This document shows, in pieces, positions 38,300 to 51,238 of a stretch of DNA of 64,000 nt; position 1 is the stretch's first letter, and every line of letters begins with the position of its first letter. The DNA comes from Octopus bimaculoides. Lineage: Eukaryota. The position numbers and the translations under genes are program-made. A model generated the notes under the pieces. The model saw only the letters and a program-made list of their open reading frames with translations, was not told where the DNA came from and searched no databases. Location of the stretch: the NCBI RefSeq assembly GCF_001194135.2, contig NC_068993.1, positions 25,951,491 through 26,015,490 on the forward strand, written 5' to 3'.

Positions 38300-39717
38300 A
38301 AAATTGATGATTGAATCTGACACATTTGGATTGAAAAGAATCCCAATTGGTATCCAGATGGACATTCACAAGCACTATTGGAATTTCTTGAATCTTGTCA
38401 GACAGGCATAAGGGAAAGCCTTAAAACAAGTGGAAAAAGTCCTGGAATAATCTCACAAATTCCCAACATTACACACCCCAATATCTAGCTAATAACGATT
38501 CTATTGTTATTAAAATGGCGGATAAGGAAGGTGCTATCGTAATTATGGACAAAAGTGAATATATTTTGGCTTGTGCAAAAGTTTTAAGTGACAAAACTTC
38601 ATATGAAGAATTACCTGTTGATCCAAACCCCAATTACAGAGAAGAACCTGACAAAATAATTCTGGAAAAGGAGGAAAACAATTTCCTTAATACGGCCAAA
38701 TCCAGGATTTTATGGTCAGAAAGTAGAACACCTGCATTTTATGGTTTCCCTAAAATACACAAAAAGTTTGAAAGATTTTCTCCAATGTGCCCAATTTGCA
38801 GCAGATATGAATGTTGTACAGCCAAGATTTCAGAATGGCTGGATGGCTTTCTACTCCCTGTTGGAAAAAAGATCAAGTTCTTATATTCGGGATACTTTTG
38901 ATTTTGTGTCTAAAATCAACAACTTATTTTAAGCACCAAAGCCATGTCGAGAACTGTTTCTTGGTAACCATGGATGTTTCTTCCTTATATCCCAATATTG
39001 ATCATGATGAAGGGGGTGGAAGCATGCAATGAATGCCTCAAAAAACAGTCAAACAAAAGTATTCCATCAAATTTTCTCTGTAGGTAATTAAGGTCTGTGT
39101 TACAAAGTAACAATGAAATTTGGACAAAAATTTTACCACCAGAAATTTGAGACACAGTTACTGAAGACATTCAAATCCTTAAATGGTCATGAACCAATAC
39201 TCTGATTACGGTTCATTGACGACGTATTTTTTGGTTGGGAAGGATCACAGGATAGTTTAATTGACTTCTTGCATTTTTGTGACAGTTATGCTAAAAACTA
39301 TGCCTTTAAGTGCAACATAAAATTTACATCTAGTTTTTCAAAAACTAGTGTTGAATTTTTGGACACAACAGTTAAGTTTTCTGGAGTCAGAATAGTAACA
39401 GAATTATTTTGCAAGCCCACATCATCTCACATTTACCTCCACTGCTGCTCCGATCATCCACATCATATAATTCAGTCAAATCCAAAATCCCAATTTTTGA
39501 GAACAAAATGAATTTTTACTGACATAAGGGATTACTGGAAACATGCAAATGCTTTTGTACACTATTATGTCAACCAATTAAAGGAAATAGCAAACAAGAT
39601 AGCTAAGATAAGTAAAGAAAGTTTAACCTTCACACATAATTTTAGCAAACACATCCTTTAGTGATTAACTGGCACTGAAAATTTCACTGGCATTTCAAAC
39701 ATGTTGCATAAAAGTTA
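38300..39717 (+). mobile_element. Penelope-like element fragment: reverse transcriptase pseudogene
   Basis: IKMADKEGAIVIMD, FYGFPKIHK, SSYIRDT, VTMDVSSLYPNIDH, RFIDD (39208-39222), VEFLDTTV, YLHCCSDHP, KSQFLR. Stops and frameshifts; the GxAMG motif appears deleted; ends at a SINE insertion. Confidence 0.88.
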
Positions 39718-39920
39718 CCAAATTTTGGCACAAGGCCAGTAATTTTAAGGGCGGGGATAAGTCGATAAATTGACCCAGTGTTCAACTGGTACTTATTTTG
39801 TCGACCCCGAAAGGATGAAAGGCAACCACAGCGGCATTTGAACTCAGAATGTAAAGTTGGAAGAAAAGCTGCTAAGCATTTTTTCTGGCGTGGTAATGAT
39901 TCTCACAGCTCACTGTCTGA
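39718..39920 (-). mobile_element. tRNA-derived SINE family D (Meta-domain-like core)
   Basis: Minus strand: tRNA-like head (ctgagttcaaatgccg) then ttgcctttcatcctttcggggtcgacaaaataagtaccag core and ggccttgtgccaaaatt tail. Confidence 0.8.
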
Positions 39921-40349
39921 AATTATGTCTGTGTCACAAACAATTATCATTAGTTTACCTAAATCACTGGTTTGGTGAAGATAGGTTTGTATTACAATGT
40001 TTTAATGTATATGTTTAAAAATCACTGTTTTGAATTTAATTCACGCCAGATCAACTTTGCAATTCAACCAGCTGGAATTCAACCAGTTATATCCTGAAAG
40101 TTAGGAAATAATCTCTTAGCAGAAGAGAATTAGAATCAATTGGTTATAGACAAAAGAAACTAGTATAGTATCACTTATTAAAGCCTAGTAGTTGAGGTAT
40201 TAAAATACTGGTCATGGGTTCAAATCATATAACAGAATTCATTCTGCATCCTCTGAGTATCTCAATGATCAACAACTGACAGGATACCTTACCATAAAAC
40301 AAATACCATATCGACATTTTTAAAACAACAACACAGCTATACAAAGACA

Positions 40350-40590
40350 GCAATTCAGCTATGCTAAAACACCAACTCAACCATACTAAAACAATAACCT
40401 AGCCATACTAATATAGCAACCTAGTTATGCTAAAATAGGAACCTAGTTGTAGTAGAATGTAAACCAGTTCTATTAAAACAGAAACCAAGTCATAGCAAAA
40501 TAGCAACCTGCTTTACAAAAAGAGCATCCCGCCATACCAAAATAGCAACCTAGTTATACTAAAATATTAACGTAGCCAATAGCAAACTAT
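40350..40590. repeat. Degenerate ~22-bp minisatellite (tactaaaatagcaacctagtta), resuming at ~41915-41975
   Basis: About ten diverged units left of the mariner and further units right of it. Confidence 0.7.
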
Positions 40591-40593
40591 CTA

Positions 40594-41900
40594 TCAGGTC
40601 ATCCCATAAGTTCTGTCCGAATTTTGAATAAAGAAAACAAGTGATCATATGTTATATTTAATTGAAATTTAATCATCAATGTACTTTCCTTGATTATCTA
40701 TGACTTCCTTCCATCTATTTACAAGCTTTTTAATCCGATCAATGCAAAACTCTTTTGGTTTCAAAGCGAAGAATTCTTAAATGTCAGTTTCGACCACCTC
40801 CTGGCTTATGAAAGTTATGTCCCCCAAATGATTCTGTAAACTACGAAACAAATGGTAGTCTGAAGGAGCAAAGTTGGGAGAATAAGGTGGATGAGGAATT
40901 TTTTCCCAACCAAGCTCTTCGGTCTTCTGTGATGTGATCTTTGCAGTGTGGGGTCGCGCATTGTCCTGATGAAACATCACTCCTTTTCGATTCACTAAAG
41001 CAGGTCTTTTTCCTTCAAAGCTTGGTTCAAACACTCTAATTGCTGACAGCAGACTTGAGCATTGATTGTTGCATTAGGTGGTAACAATTCAAAATGAATT
41101 ACTCTTTTGCAATCCTACCAGATAGAGAGAAGAACCTTTTTTCCCATGAAGTTTCTTTCTCGGTTGTGGTTGAGTTTTTTTTCCCTTTTACCAATGTTTT
41201 TTTACCTTTAACCAATGTTTACGACATTTAACATTTCGATAGAAGATTCATTTTTCGTCACCAGTCACAAGTCTATCCAAAAAGGGTGAAATGAGTTCGT
41301 GAGAATGGAGAGAAGAGCAGATGTCAACTCGGGATTTGCGGTTGCTTTCTGACAATTCATGAGGCACCCATTTTCCAAGTTTAGGAACCTTTCCAAATTG
41401 CTGAAGATGATGATGAATAGTTGTATGGTTTGAAATAAGCTTTATTGCCAATTCTTCAACTGATAATGCAGGATTTTCTTCAAGTAATGCCTCAATGAGT
41501 TTATCATCAAACTCAACTGGACGTCCTGTTCAATCTTCATCTTCAAGGGTGAAATCTCCACTTCTGAATTTTGCAAACCATCTTCTGCAAGTTCTGTCAT
41601 TCAAGCGTTCTTTCCCATAAACTGAGTGTATGTTTCGAGTCGCTTCGACTACAGAGTTTACTTTTTTGGACTCATAAAGCATTATGTGCCTTAAATGCTC
41701 TTTGGATACTTCCATGTGAGAAAGGGTTTTAATCAAAGAAATTTTAATTCTATTATTCTGTAAAATAATATTTAATTAGTTTAAATGTACACAAATGCAT
41801 AAAAATAATTTTAAATTCTATTAGACATTCTAAAATACTATCAAATTTCATTCAATTTTAAAAAAGGGTAAAATCAGACAGAACTTATGGGATGACCTGA
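40594..41900 (-). mobile_element. Complete mariner (Tc1/mariner, DD34D) transposon, 1307 bp, inactive
   Basis: TIRs tcaggtcatcccataagttctgtc(c/t)ga at 40594 and 41900 (27 bp, 1 mismatch), TA on both sides (40592-93, 41901-02). Confidence 0.93.
40669..41715 (-). pseudogene. Mariner transposase pseudogene
   Basis: MEVSKEHLRH..RWFAKFRSGDF HTH; WVPHEL; VTGDE, HQDNARPH and YSPNFAPSDY motifs with 34 residues between the 2nd and 3rd Asp. In-frame TGA at 41530 and 41248, plus frameshifts. Confidence 0.9.
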
Positions 41901-43215
41901 TATATTAAATAACTATGGTAAAGTAAAACAGGAACCCAGCTATACTAAAATAGCAACCATAGCAACCCAGCTTTAATAACAAGAGAAAACAATACAGTGA
42001 AGACAATAGAAAAGTTTTCAACTGTCTTCTGAAAGATTCATAGTTTATGCAAGTTGCTGATAATTTTGACAGTTTGCTCTTATTTTGCTGGTGGTGCATG
42101 ATAGATTAAAAGAAGAAAGAAAGAAAAAAAAACAAAACAAACAAAACAGCGTATTTGTGAGCTATCATCAAAGGATGTGAATCAATGCTGAACTCTCAAG
42201 CATGAATGAATTCCATAGAAAGCAGATATATGGGGGCGAGGTATTGAATTATTGCAAAGGTAACTAGAGCAATTGTTCAAACAAACTCACAAAATCATCT
42301 GATCAGTATACTCATCAATCACCAACTGATTCAGAATTAAGCATCAAAAATGTTATGACAGAGACAACAGTCTGAGAGAATATCTGACTTTGACTATTAA
42401 CACAAATCATGTGTGACAATAGCTATCAGATAAGTAAAAACCATAAACATGCAAACTAACCTGTAAAAAACAATTCGACTAAATAGTGAACTGGTTATAT
42501 TGTGTAGGTCCCTATCATATATCAGCATAAAATATTGCATAATATCAGTTCTATGTACAACCAATTAATAATGTTACATATTTCTAAGATGAATTAATCC
42601 AATCAGTATTTTATCACTGTAGTGATATTAACTTTATCATTTGTGCTTTACATCACATTTCAAGTGAGATACAGTTACTGACATATCTTTATGTTAGAGA
42701 TGAACTCATGGACAAGGTTTCACTGTTCTTTTCTAATGTTCTTTTCTATTAGTCTACGCAAATGTATACATGGACAAATATGGCATCAGAAAATAAAACA
42801 AATACTGAAACATCACCATCATCAAAGTTTTGGTATGTATTTTTCCATACTAGCAACAGTCAGTATTACAGCCTGCATCTTCTGCCAGGCTCATCATCCT
42901 GAGATCAGATCTCATTACTTCCACTTTCAAGATGTGATGCCTTTTCAGTTTTTTTTACTTATTGTCCATTTCCATTCAATGTTCACATCAGTTTACACCT
43001 ATAATGCTAAGCTGCTCTCTCAGCAAACTAAAGTAAATAGTGGACGGGAGAGAACACTGCTATTAACTCAACTAATATGTGTCACAGAATGGCATAATGT
43101 GAGAATTTATCTTGTGAATAGCACTTAACTATACTTAAATTCCTGTCATGCTACCAGCTGCTGTGGTTTGATTTAGCATCTCTTTACTTATCTTAATCAG
43201 GGTTTAATAATGTAA

Positions 43216-43431
43216 CCCTTTAGCATTCAGATTTCTCTGTTAAATGTAATGCTTATTTATCTACACTGTTTTGAATTAACCATGCATTACCTTAGCTTCA
43301 AATTTTGATGCTGTGATTGTATATTTTTAGAATGACAGTGTAGAGTAGGTGCGGGATGCTAGTTTTGGCTAATTTGAACACAAAACGATAGACTATTTTG
43401 GCCTTGTATAGCCAGTTTACATGCTGAAGAG
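43216..43431 (+). mobile_element. piggyBac-like MITE, copy 1
   Basis: (g)TAA-CCCTTTAGCATT ... atgctgaagag-TTAA; matches 61932-62157 in reverse along its length. Confidence 0.6.
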
Positions 43432-45199
43432 TTAAACCATTGAACCATTCTAATTGCTTGCTTCTTCCTTTTGTCACTGTTATTGATATTGTTGTAGTCA
43501 CCATCAAGATGACATTAGAAATGGTTAAGATAGAATTTCAGATTAGATACTTTGTAATATCAAACTTGATGTCTTCTATCTCTGTTGAGGAGCATCAATA
43601 TATACCAGTACTATACACTGGTTGATACAATTTACAACACTTCTATATTTTACAAATGCTGCATTCTCAACCACAAGAGAGTATTACAATTATTACTATT
43701 ATTTTATTAGGAAGATAAATAGTACAGAAACAAAGTGCTTTACCTCACTGTTCTGAGCTCAGTTCATTCCAGAATTGATATTAATCTTTCTGGGAGGTAC
43801 AATGTCAATCAAATAGGTACCAATAATGGTGAAGTTTTCACACTGTCTCTACAAAAACATGATATAACCATGAAACAGGTAGCTCAAATATTGTCCTTAA
43901 GCATGGTACATTAATTATTCTTGTTTTGGGGTTGAAGAAAAAAGATTCAGCAGTTTTTTTTTATTACAACTACTGTACAAGAGATGTGTCAAGTATCTTA
44001 GCGCTAATTAGTACTATGAAATTGACAAGTTTTTGACTTACAGTCTTGAGTTCAAGGTAAAAATCTATCTGCAATAGGCCAGCATCCAATCCAAATGGGG
44101 TTATTTCTCATCTCTTTAATGCTATGGAAACAAGAGTTGAGAACAACTCTGTGGATCCTGGTGTTTTGGAAATTATTAGCATTTTTATTCTTTTCTCTCT
44201 AGTGCAGCTGAAAAAGAAGGAAGAAATTCTCACCATCTTACAATATTTGGAAAAGGTACTGCTTAACTCTCCTGCCATTTATTTGTTACCAGACAAATTA
44301 TTCAATAGAATGAAGTATGGTTATTATTTATTTCCAGTGACACCAACTATTTTATAAAGTTGCAATTACAATAGTGTTGATAATTGAAGAAAAAAAATCT
44401 ACAAATTTTGATTAGCTGTCAATAGTCATCTTTCATTATGAAAGAATGGAGCAGTTGTGTCAACTGTATAGAAGATATATAATTGTTAGCAGTGACTGAA
44501 AAACTAATGTTGTCAAGGAAGTTGAAAGATTACATATTTGAAACAACAAAGTTGTTGGGCAAGAAATTACTAAAATGATAGAGAGAGGATATGAGTAAGA
44601 ACTATCAGTGAAGTTTTAAAACCAACAAACTTGTCCACAATATATAACTGGTATGAACATTTTAACACACATGGAATGATGACACACAAAGCTACAAGAG
44701 CTACTGATCCTGTTCTGTACCAATTCACTCAAATAAGAACTTTGAAATTACATAGACTCAAAAACAGAGGGGACTGTACAAAAGATGGAATGCAACAGAA
44801 AAGGGGGTTACATTAAATCATTTAAAAAGAAAAGCATAAAAAAAAAACAGATGATGATGATACAATCTTCCTGATATAGGAAAACCTCTAGGGCCAATCA
44901 AGAAACCTAACCATCCAAGATCTCCCGAAACTTCAAAGGCAAGTGCTTTCTCTGTCATTCTCCAACTGACAGGTTTACTTTTAGAGTGATTCTCATACAC
45001 TCTAACCAACTTCACACCCTCTTACCCACTTTCCAATAAATTCCTTCAGAAAGCTGCTCCCTCTCCACTCCCACGTCCCTTTTCTAGTGAAAGTTGAAAA
45101 AATTGATGAGAACTTTATCAGAGAATAAAGTCTTTGCTTTCGTACAAGTCAACCTTGTCCAATACACAATCTCTTTCAGTATAGACACCAGGCAGGGGA

Positions 45200-46900
45200 A
45201 AACTGCCTAAAGGAGGGCAGTGGGGAAATCATCACAGTGGGCTCAGCTGACATCTGGACCTGTCCTACATGTGACAGCAGCATTTCAACAAAACTACACA
45301 AGTCAGCAATGCCCAGAGATCAAAAGAGTACATGCAGAGCAGTTTTGTTTACAAGCATCTCACAATGGCCTGTCTGATGGCACTTCAGTGCTTGTGTAGT
45401 TTATTGCAACTTGTTACGTAGCACTGTTAAACCAAGGACTTCTGGAAATAATCCAAAATAATCAGTAGTCTGAAAGGTCTGGAACAGACTCACAACATCC
45501 AGTCTCCACAAGAATGTTATCACTCTTTCCCACCAATAATCCGCTACAAATCCCTAGAATGGAACATCCACAGATCCCATTGCCTGACTGGCAGATGAGT
45601 GTTTGATGACATTTTAAATGCCAGGTACCCAGTTTCCATTACTGCTTCACTTAGGACTGTTGCTCTGTCAAGAAGATGAGCTACAGAAAGACATGCCTCA
45701 CAAATACTAGTTCACAGTCGATGAATCTCTGCAGGTGGTGCAGCCTCAGAGTGATTTGATTTTGGCCCCTACTACTGTCTCAAGTTCCGGTAAAATGGTG
45801 CTAACCCTCTGCAATTTGGTGGTACAGGACACCATGATGATGATTTCTGCATAAGCCAATATGGCTCTCCCAGATCTTGATCAAGAAGGATGCTCTCAAA
45901 AGTCCCAACTTCTTCAGCAGTAGCTCTAGTGCTGGTATATACTCAAGAGGAAGAGAAGAGGCAGCCTGATCAAAAAATGTCTGTGATGTAGAATGGGTCC
46001 CAAGAGGTGGTTGTTTACTTTGACTACCAAGCAGGTGTTGCTGTGTGGATTGCAAATGGGCTGCTGTTATCAACTTTTTGCAATACCTTACATCCTTTGC
46101 TGAGATCAGTGTTGAGTTATTGTGATAGGAGTAATGCAGTCCATTCATTCTGCGAAGCACTACCAGCCCTGAACAGTCAAATAAAGTGCTGCTCGAACAC
46201 TGCAAACATCTGCTTAGAATCAAAATATGCCTACCGAAGTCATCAAAGACCTAAGTGTGGATTTCTTACCACATCATGCCCCTTCCACTCTACATTTCAG
46301 GCAGCCTTTATTCCCTCATGTTTTAGCACACAAGCCTTAGCTCTGACATCAGAGACTCTGTGGTTCATATTGAAAAAAAAAAAAAAAAAAATGTCAAAGC
46401 CCATCCTCACAATTAGCACATCAGATGTAACACTTTTACTAATAGCATCTTCTATACTCCAATCTAATCGACTTCTTCAAAGCAACCAACCACCAGTTGT
46501 TGATGACTGCTTCCATCAATCTCCACTTGACTAATTCATTAATCTGATCCTTGTAGTTATTTTGAATGCTGGTAAGAACACATTCAACCAGGTCCTTGTC
46601 TGTGGGTCTTATTTTAATCAACCAAGTCGAACTGTGAATATCCAATGTTATCCTTATCCACTAGCTTAACAAATACTCTAACTATCCACATGGATGATCC
46701 ACTGTGGTTAATCCATGCCCACACTGGCACATGTAGGAAATGCAGTTGGCACCTTGGAAACATCTGAGCAAGTTTTTGAGGTGGATGCATCTCCTTCCCT
46801 TATGTGATAGTCCCCTTTGTGCATCTGAAAATACAGTTCCAATCTCCCACTAGTGATATTGATTAAGATGTCCCCAGGAAAGCTTCTAGATGTCTGAAGA
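45200..46900 (-). pseudogene. Highly decayed Ty3/Gypsy-like pol remnant
   Basis: Across shifting frames, in Gypsy order: AYFDSKQ (~46230-46213) then DCSGLVVL..NG..SY..STL.SAK.RY (RNase H-like), IWESHIGL (integrase Zn-like), LLIILDYFQK (~45468-45439, integrase core-like). No LTRs found; boundaries approximate. Confidence 0.45.
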
Positions 46901-47251
46901 AATCAAACCATCCTGCTTCACTTGAGGCTTATCGAGTATTTCCAGAACAGTTTCACCTACTGCTGGCAAAATTGCTGCTATTGGTCACTGGATGCTTATT
47001 TCTGACAGCATATACAAGGCTTGGTGGCAGGTAATGAGTAAAGGAAAGCTGCCTACCCTTCCCCCCTACACACAGTGAGGGCTCATAGAAACAGAAGTAA
47101 GAGTATATGTCAGAGAAGTTATGTGTGGAGTTATACAAATAAAAAGTTTGTTATATTTAATTTTAAGGTAATGAATGATTTTTCTTTTGACAATTAGTAT
47201 TCATTCCATCATTTTGAATAAGTACCAAGGAATTTCATAAAACTTAATATA

Positions 47252-47648
47252 GGCGTAGGAGTGGCTGTGTGGTAAGTAGCTAGCTTACCAACCACATGGT
47301 CCCGGGTTCAGTCCCACTGCGTGGCATCTTGGGCAAGTGTCTTCTACTATAGCCTCGGGCCGACCAAAGCCTTGTGAGTGGATTTGGTAGACGGAAACTG
47401 AAAGAAGCCCGTCGTATATATATATATATGTATGTATGTATGTGTTTGTGTGTCTGTGTTTGTCCCCCCAACATCGCTTGACAACCGATGCTGGTGTGTT
47501 TATGTCCCCGTAACTTTGCGGTTCGGCAAAAGAGACCGATAGAATAAGTACTAGGCTTCTAAAGAATAAGTCCTGGGGTCGATTTGCTCGACTAAAGGCG
47601 GTGCTCCAGCATGGCCGCAGTTAAAAGACTGAAACAAGTAAAAGAGTA
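47252..47648 (+). mobile_element. tRNA-derived SINE family A, near-intact full-length copy
   Basis: Head ggcgtaggagTGGCTGTGTGG (A box) and GGTTCAGTCCC (B box); internal TA/TG microsatellite; tail gtgctccagcatggccgcag..gaaacaagtaaaagagta. Confidence 0.9.
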
Positions 47649-47717
47649 TATGTAAGCCAGAATTCCTGATATTACCCAACGCTGCCGGTCATATGACGAG
47701 TAACACTAATAATAACG

Positions 47718-48120
47718 CTTTCTTATTTTGGCATGAGGCCAGCAATTTTGATGGTGGGGAAGATTGGTTGACGCCATCGATCCCAGTACTTGACTGGAAC
47801 TCTATTTTATCAACCCTGAAAGAAAGAAAACAAAGTTGATCTCAGTGGAATTTTAGATCGGAATGTAAAGAGATGGAACAAATACTGCAAGGCAATCCGC
47901 CCCCACCTGCTCTAATCATTCTGTAGCTGTACTGTTTCTAATTTAAGTAAAAGACTAACAATTTTGTAGGGGTCGATACCATTGACCCCAATACTAGACA
48001 GATACTTTATTTTATCGCCTCCGAAAGAATGAAAATAAAGCTGACCTCGCAGGATTTGAACTGGAATAAAAACCACGAGGCATTTTGTCCGACGAGTTAA
48101 CAATTCTGCCAATCCATCAC
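47718..48120 (-). mobile_element. Two head-to-tail SINE family D copies
   Basis: The tail-core-head pattern occurs twice (~47718-47900 and ~47930-48120). Confidence 0.7.
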
Positions 48121-48857
48121 CAAGGTTAGTTTTGTAAAAGAACAAAATTGATTGGTAGAAGAACATGTGGATGGAGACAGAGGTTAATATGTGACTCGGT
48201 ACGAAAGTAGACTTGTCCAACGTGGAAAAAAATCGAACATAAAACGAGCTATTTCCTAACTAATACAGCCAAACAGAAAACACATTATTAACATGTGACT
48301 AAATATGAATTGAAAACAAAGATGCGAAATCATTCTATCGTTTTGAACACTTAACCTCTATCAAAAAAAAACATATAGCTTCTGAAACCAGATATAATAA
48401 ACAATGATAAAACATAATATAAACATGATGAACATGCCCGAAAAATAACGGAGCTAACCACAAATTATATAGTTAGGCTTCGTTATAAACCGAGATTTAT
48501 GATTAGATTTAATACACGTGTACACAATTGGTTACACACTACATTTCGATAATCTGTGCAAAGAATTAGAAATATAACAACAACAATAGTAAACAAAGAA
48601 AATGACAATATTATGTGAAAAAGGTATTGAAGGCATTTAGTAAGATGTAGGTTAAATTCCTATTGACGATGCAGTTAGTAGCTGCTGAAATCGACATTGA
48701 TGGAAACATGGGGAAGTAATAGCTGCACTTGCACAATAACGAGTTGCTTCCCCTAGCATTGTCGCTTGTCTCGCGTTCTTTTCTTTCACGATCTTTATTT
48801 GGTTTAATTATATTTTCATATCCCTCCTCCTACATGGGCCTCCTTTTCACCATCACC

Positions 48858-48894
<37 letters not shown>

Positions 48895-49069
48895 AAATGT
48901 ACAAATTTCAGGCACACACACTCTCCACAAACATACAATTCTTCCCCTCATTCATATATATCTCTTTACGTAACTACACATAACCTTTCCCCACCACCAT
49001 TGTATCCTAAATCTATCGACCTGCACACACACACACACACACACACACAACACCTTCACACCTATCTAC

Positions 49070-49400
49070 CTGGCTGCCTTTCCGCAATGACCCAACTTGA
49101 AGAGACAACACACACACACACACAAGCAGACGACTAGACATGTCTGCTTCGTGTGTTGTCTACAGCCACTGATATTAATAGAAGTCCGTTTATATCAAGC
49201 ATAGCTGGTGAAGGTGATCAAGTGGGAGTTTTGGTTATTTCTTTCATAACTCAGTCAGTAGCTGTACCATTAACGATCATTGACCTCTCTAAATCTATCA
49301 GCAGGCAGCAGGGGTTTATAACGTTACAATGACAGCGCTCTCGAAAGACGGCGGCATTGAGACGCAGGAAGACAGAAAGGGGAAAAGAAACAGAAATGTA
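49070..49400 (-). promoter_or_regulatory. Candidate promoter and non-coding first exon in a CpG-retaining region
   Basis: Visibly CpG-enriched zone ~48150-49700 not explained by a recognisable young TE. On minus: pyrimidine tract, gccgccg..gagcgc, TATAAA at 49320-49315 and a weak donor CAG|GTAGAT at 49070/49069 followed by (TG)n. Confidence 0.25.
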
Positions 49401-51064
49401 TATTGATGAAGAGAGAGAGGAAAGGATATGAATGGGCAACGATATAGAGTGTGAAGAGAGAAAGCGAATGAATGGGGGGGATTACGATGTGGGTATGGTG
49501 AAATGAAAAGAATCAAAACTGGGTCACAAATTTACAATATAAACAATGATTGTTTCTGGCTGAAATTGTCCTTTCAAATATACATTTAAGTTTACTAACA
49601 GTTACTTTTAAGAAGTCGATCGGTCCAGGAAAGTTTATGATAAAACCCCCAAGACTTGAACATGGAGAAGTAAGGTAACGATGAATTAACGCATGAAATA
49701 AATTACAATGTCAGTGCTGATAGTGACTAAGGTGGAAACACAGACACACACACACAAGTGGGTGGACAAACGAAGGAAGGAGGCATTCAACACATTTGGT
49801 AAGAATATATATATATATTAATATTTAATAACAGTATGATTAGATTCTATGCACCCAGTCCTCCGTATACATAAGAGCACGTACACACACGCGTGCATAA
49901 GTGAGCTGAAACATCGAAATCACTGTCAAATAAATATAAATAAATATGGTACCCCATTGGAAAGCATAGAGTAATCTTCAATATAATATCGAAGTTTCTA
50001 TATATAACTTTACATAAGAAGAAAAAACGTGTGAGTGTGAAAATACACATGAAATGAAAATGTGCTCTGAGGAATAAACTAAGAGTGGCCACTGGCATGT
50101 ATTTTTTGCACAAGATGAAATGGGGTATATTAAGTAATAAACAAGATAAATTCTATATTTATTGAAAGTCGCTCAGCTTCCAGACAGGGTAGAACAATTG
50201 CTTTCTTGCAATTGGTACAAACCCAAATGGGAAAAAAAGACAATATCAAGAAGAAAAACTCTCTAAAACTGACATGCCATGAAGAAAATCACAGGCTGTT
50301 AGTCTGAAGACAAGAGTACACCTACCTAAAATGTTTCTGCCTTAATAGGCATCTTCAACACAGTACATGTCTTACATTATCTCCAGCAGATAGAATACTT
50401 AGACATATACAAAGAGTAAAGTATAATTTAAATACATTGCATCTATCTCTCTATCTATCCATCCATCCATCCACACACATATAAATATATATCTATATAG
50501 ATACACACAAACATACACATACATATGTATATATGATAGATAGATAGATGGATGGATAGGTACATATATAAGCACGTGTATATGTATAGTACACACATGT
50601 ACATAGACATACATATGTAAATACACACACACACATACCAAAATTCATATTTTTGCTTGGAGGGACTACATCAATTGTACAAATGTTTGTGGACCCTCTG
50701 CCACTTATATGCATTGGAGGGTGCACTGGACAAATGGAACAATCTTTGAAATTGATGTAACATCCACCAACCACCAGTTTCTTGATTGAGTCTGCTAACA
50801 CAGGAAACAACGCAGGGTTTGTTATAATCTATTTTGATGATGAGAGGTTAAAAAAAACATGCAGTAAGAATATATGTAAAAATAAATAATACAACTGTAG
50901 AACCATCACAAGTTTATATACAAAACAGATTACATAGAAAATGTAAACACATGCAAAACCATCAAAGCAACACTTGAGTGGTTCTTGAATTGATGTTAAA
51001 AAGTGTGCAATTGTTTTCATCCTTAAATTTTTTGGCATGAGAATTTTATTAAATGAAGGCTAAT

Positions 51065-51238
51065 GTCTCTTATCTTTTACTTATTTCAGTCATTAGATTG
51101 CAGCCATGTTGAGGCACCGCCTTAAGAATTTTTAGTGTAATGGATCAACCCCAGAACTTATTTTTTGTCAAACCTGGTACTTATTCTATCAGTTCTTTTG
51201 CTAAGTTACAGAGACATAAACATACCAACACTGGTTGG
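51065..51238 (-). mobile_element. SINE family A 3' part (cut by gap)
   Basis: cttttacttatttcagtcattagattgcagccatgttgaggcaccgcc.. matches the family A tail. Confidence 0.75.

Noticed and set aside
40350-40590. Regularly spaced short repeats suggestive of a CRISPR-like array (also 59490-59745 and 2708-2764)
   Set aside because: Units are contiguous tandem repeats without unique spacers; eukaryotic context, no cas genes.
42691-43128. 145-aa plus-strand ORF
   Set aside because: No domain motif, low-information composition, no supporting splice structure.
46007-46534. 175-aa plus-strand ORF
   Set aside because: Antisense to the decayed Gypsy-like pol and runs through a poly-A tract; treated as a shadow ORF.
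47252-47330. tRNA-like sequence with A and B boxes
   Set aside because: Head of a multicopy SINE continuing into SINE body; no convincing cloverleaf, so not a tRNA gene.
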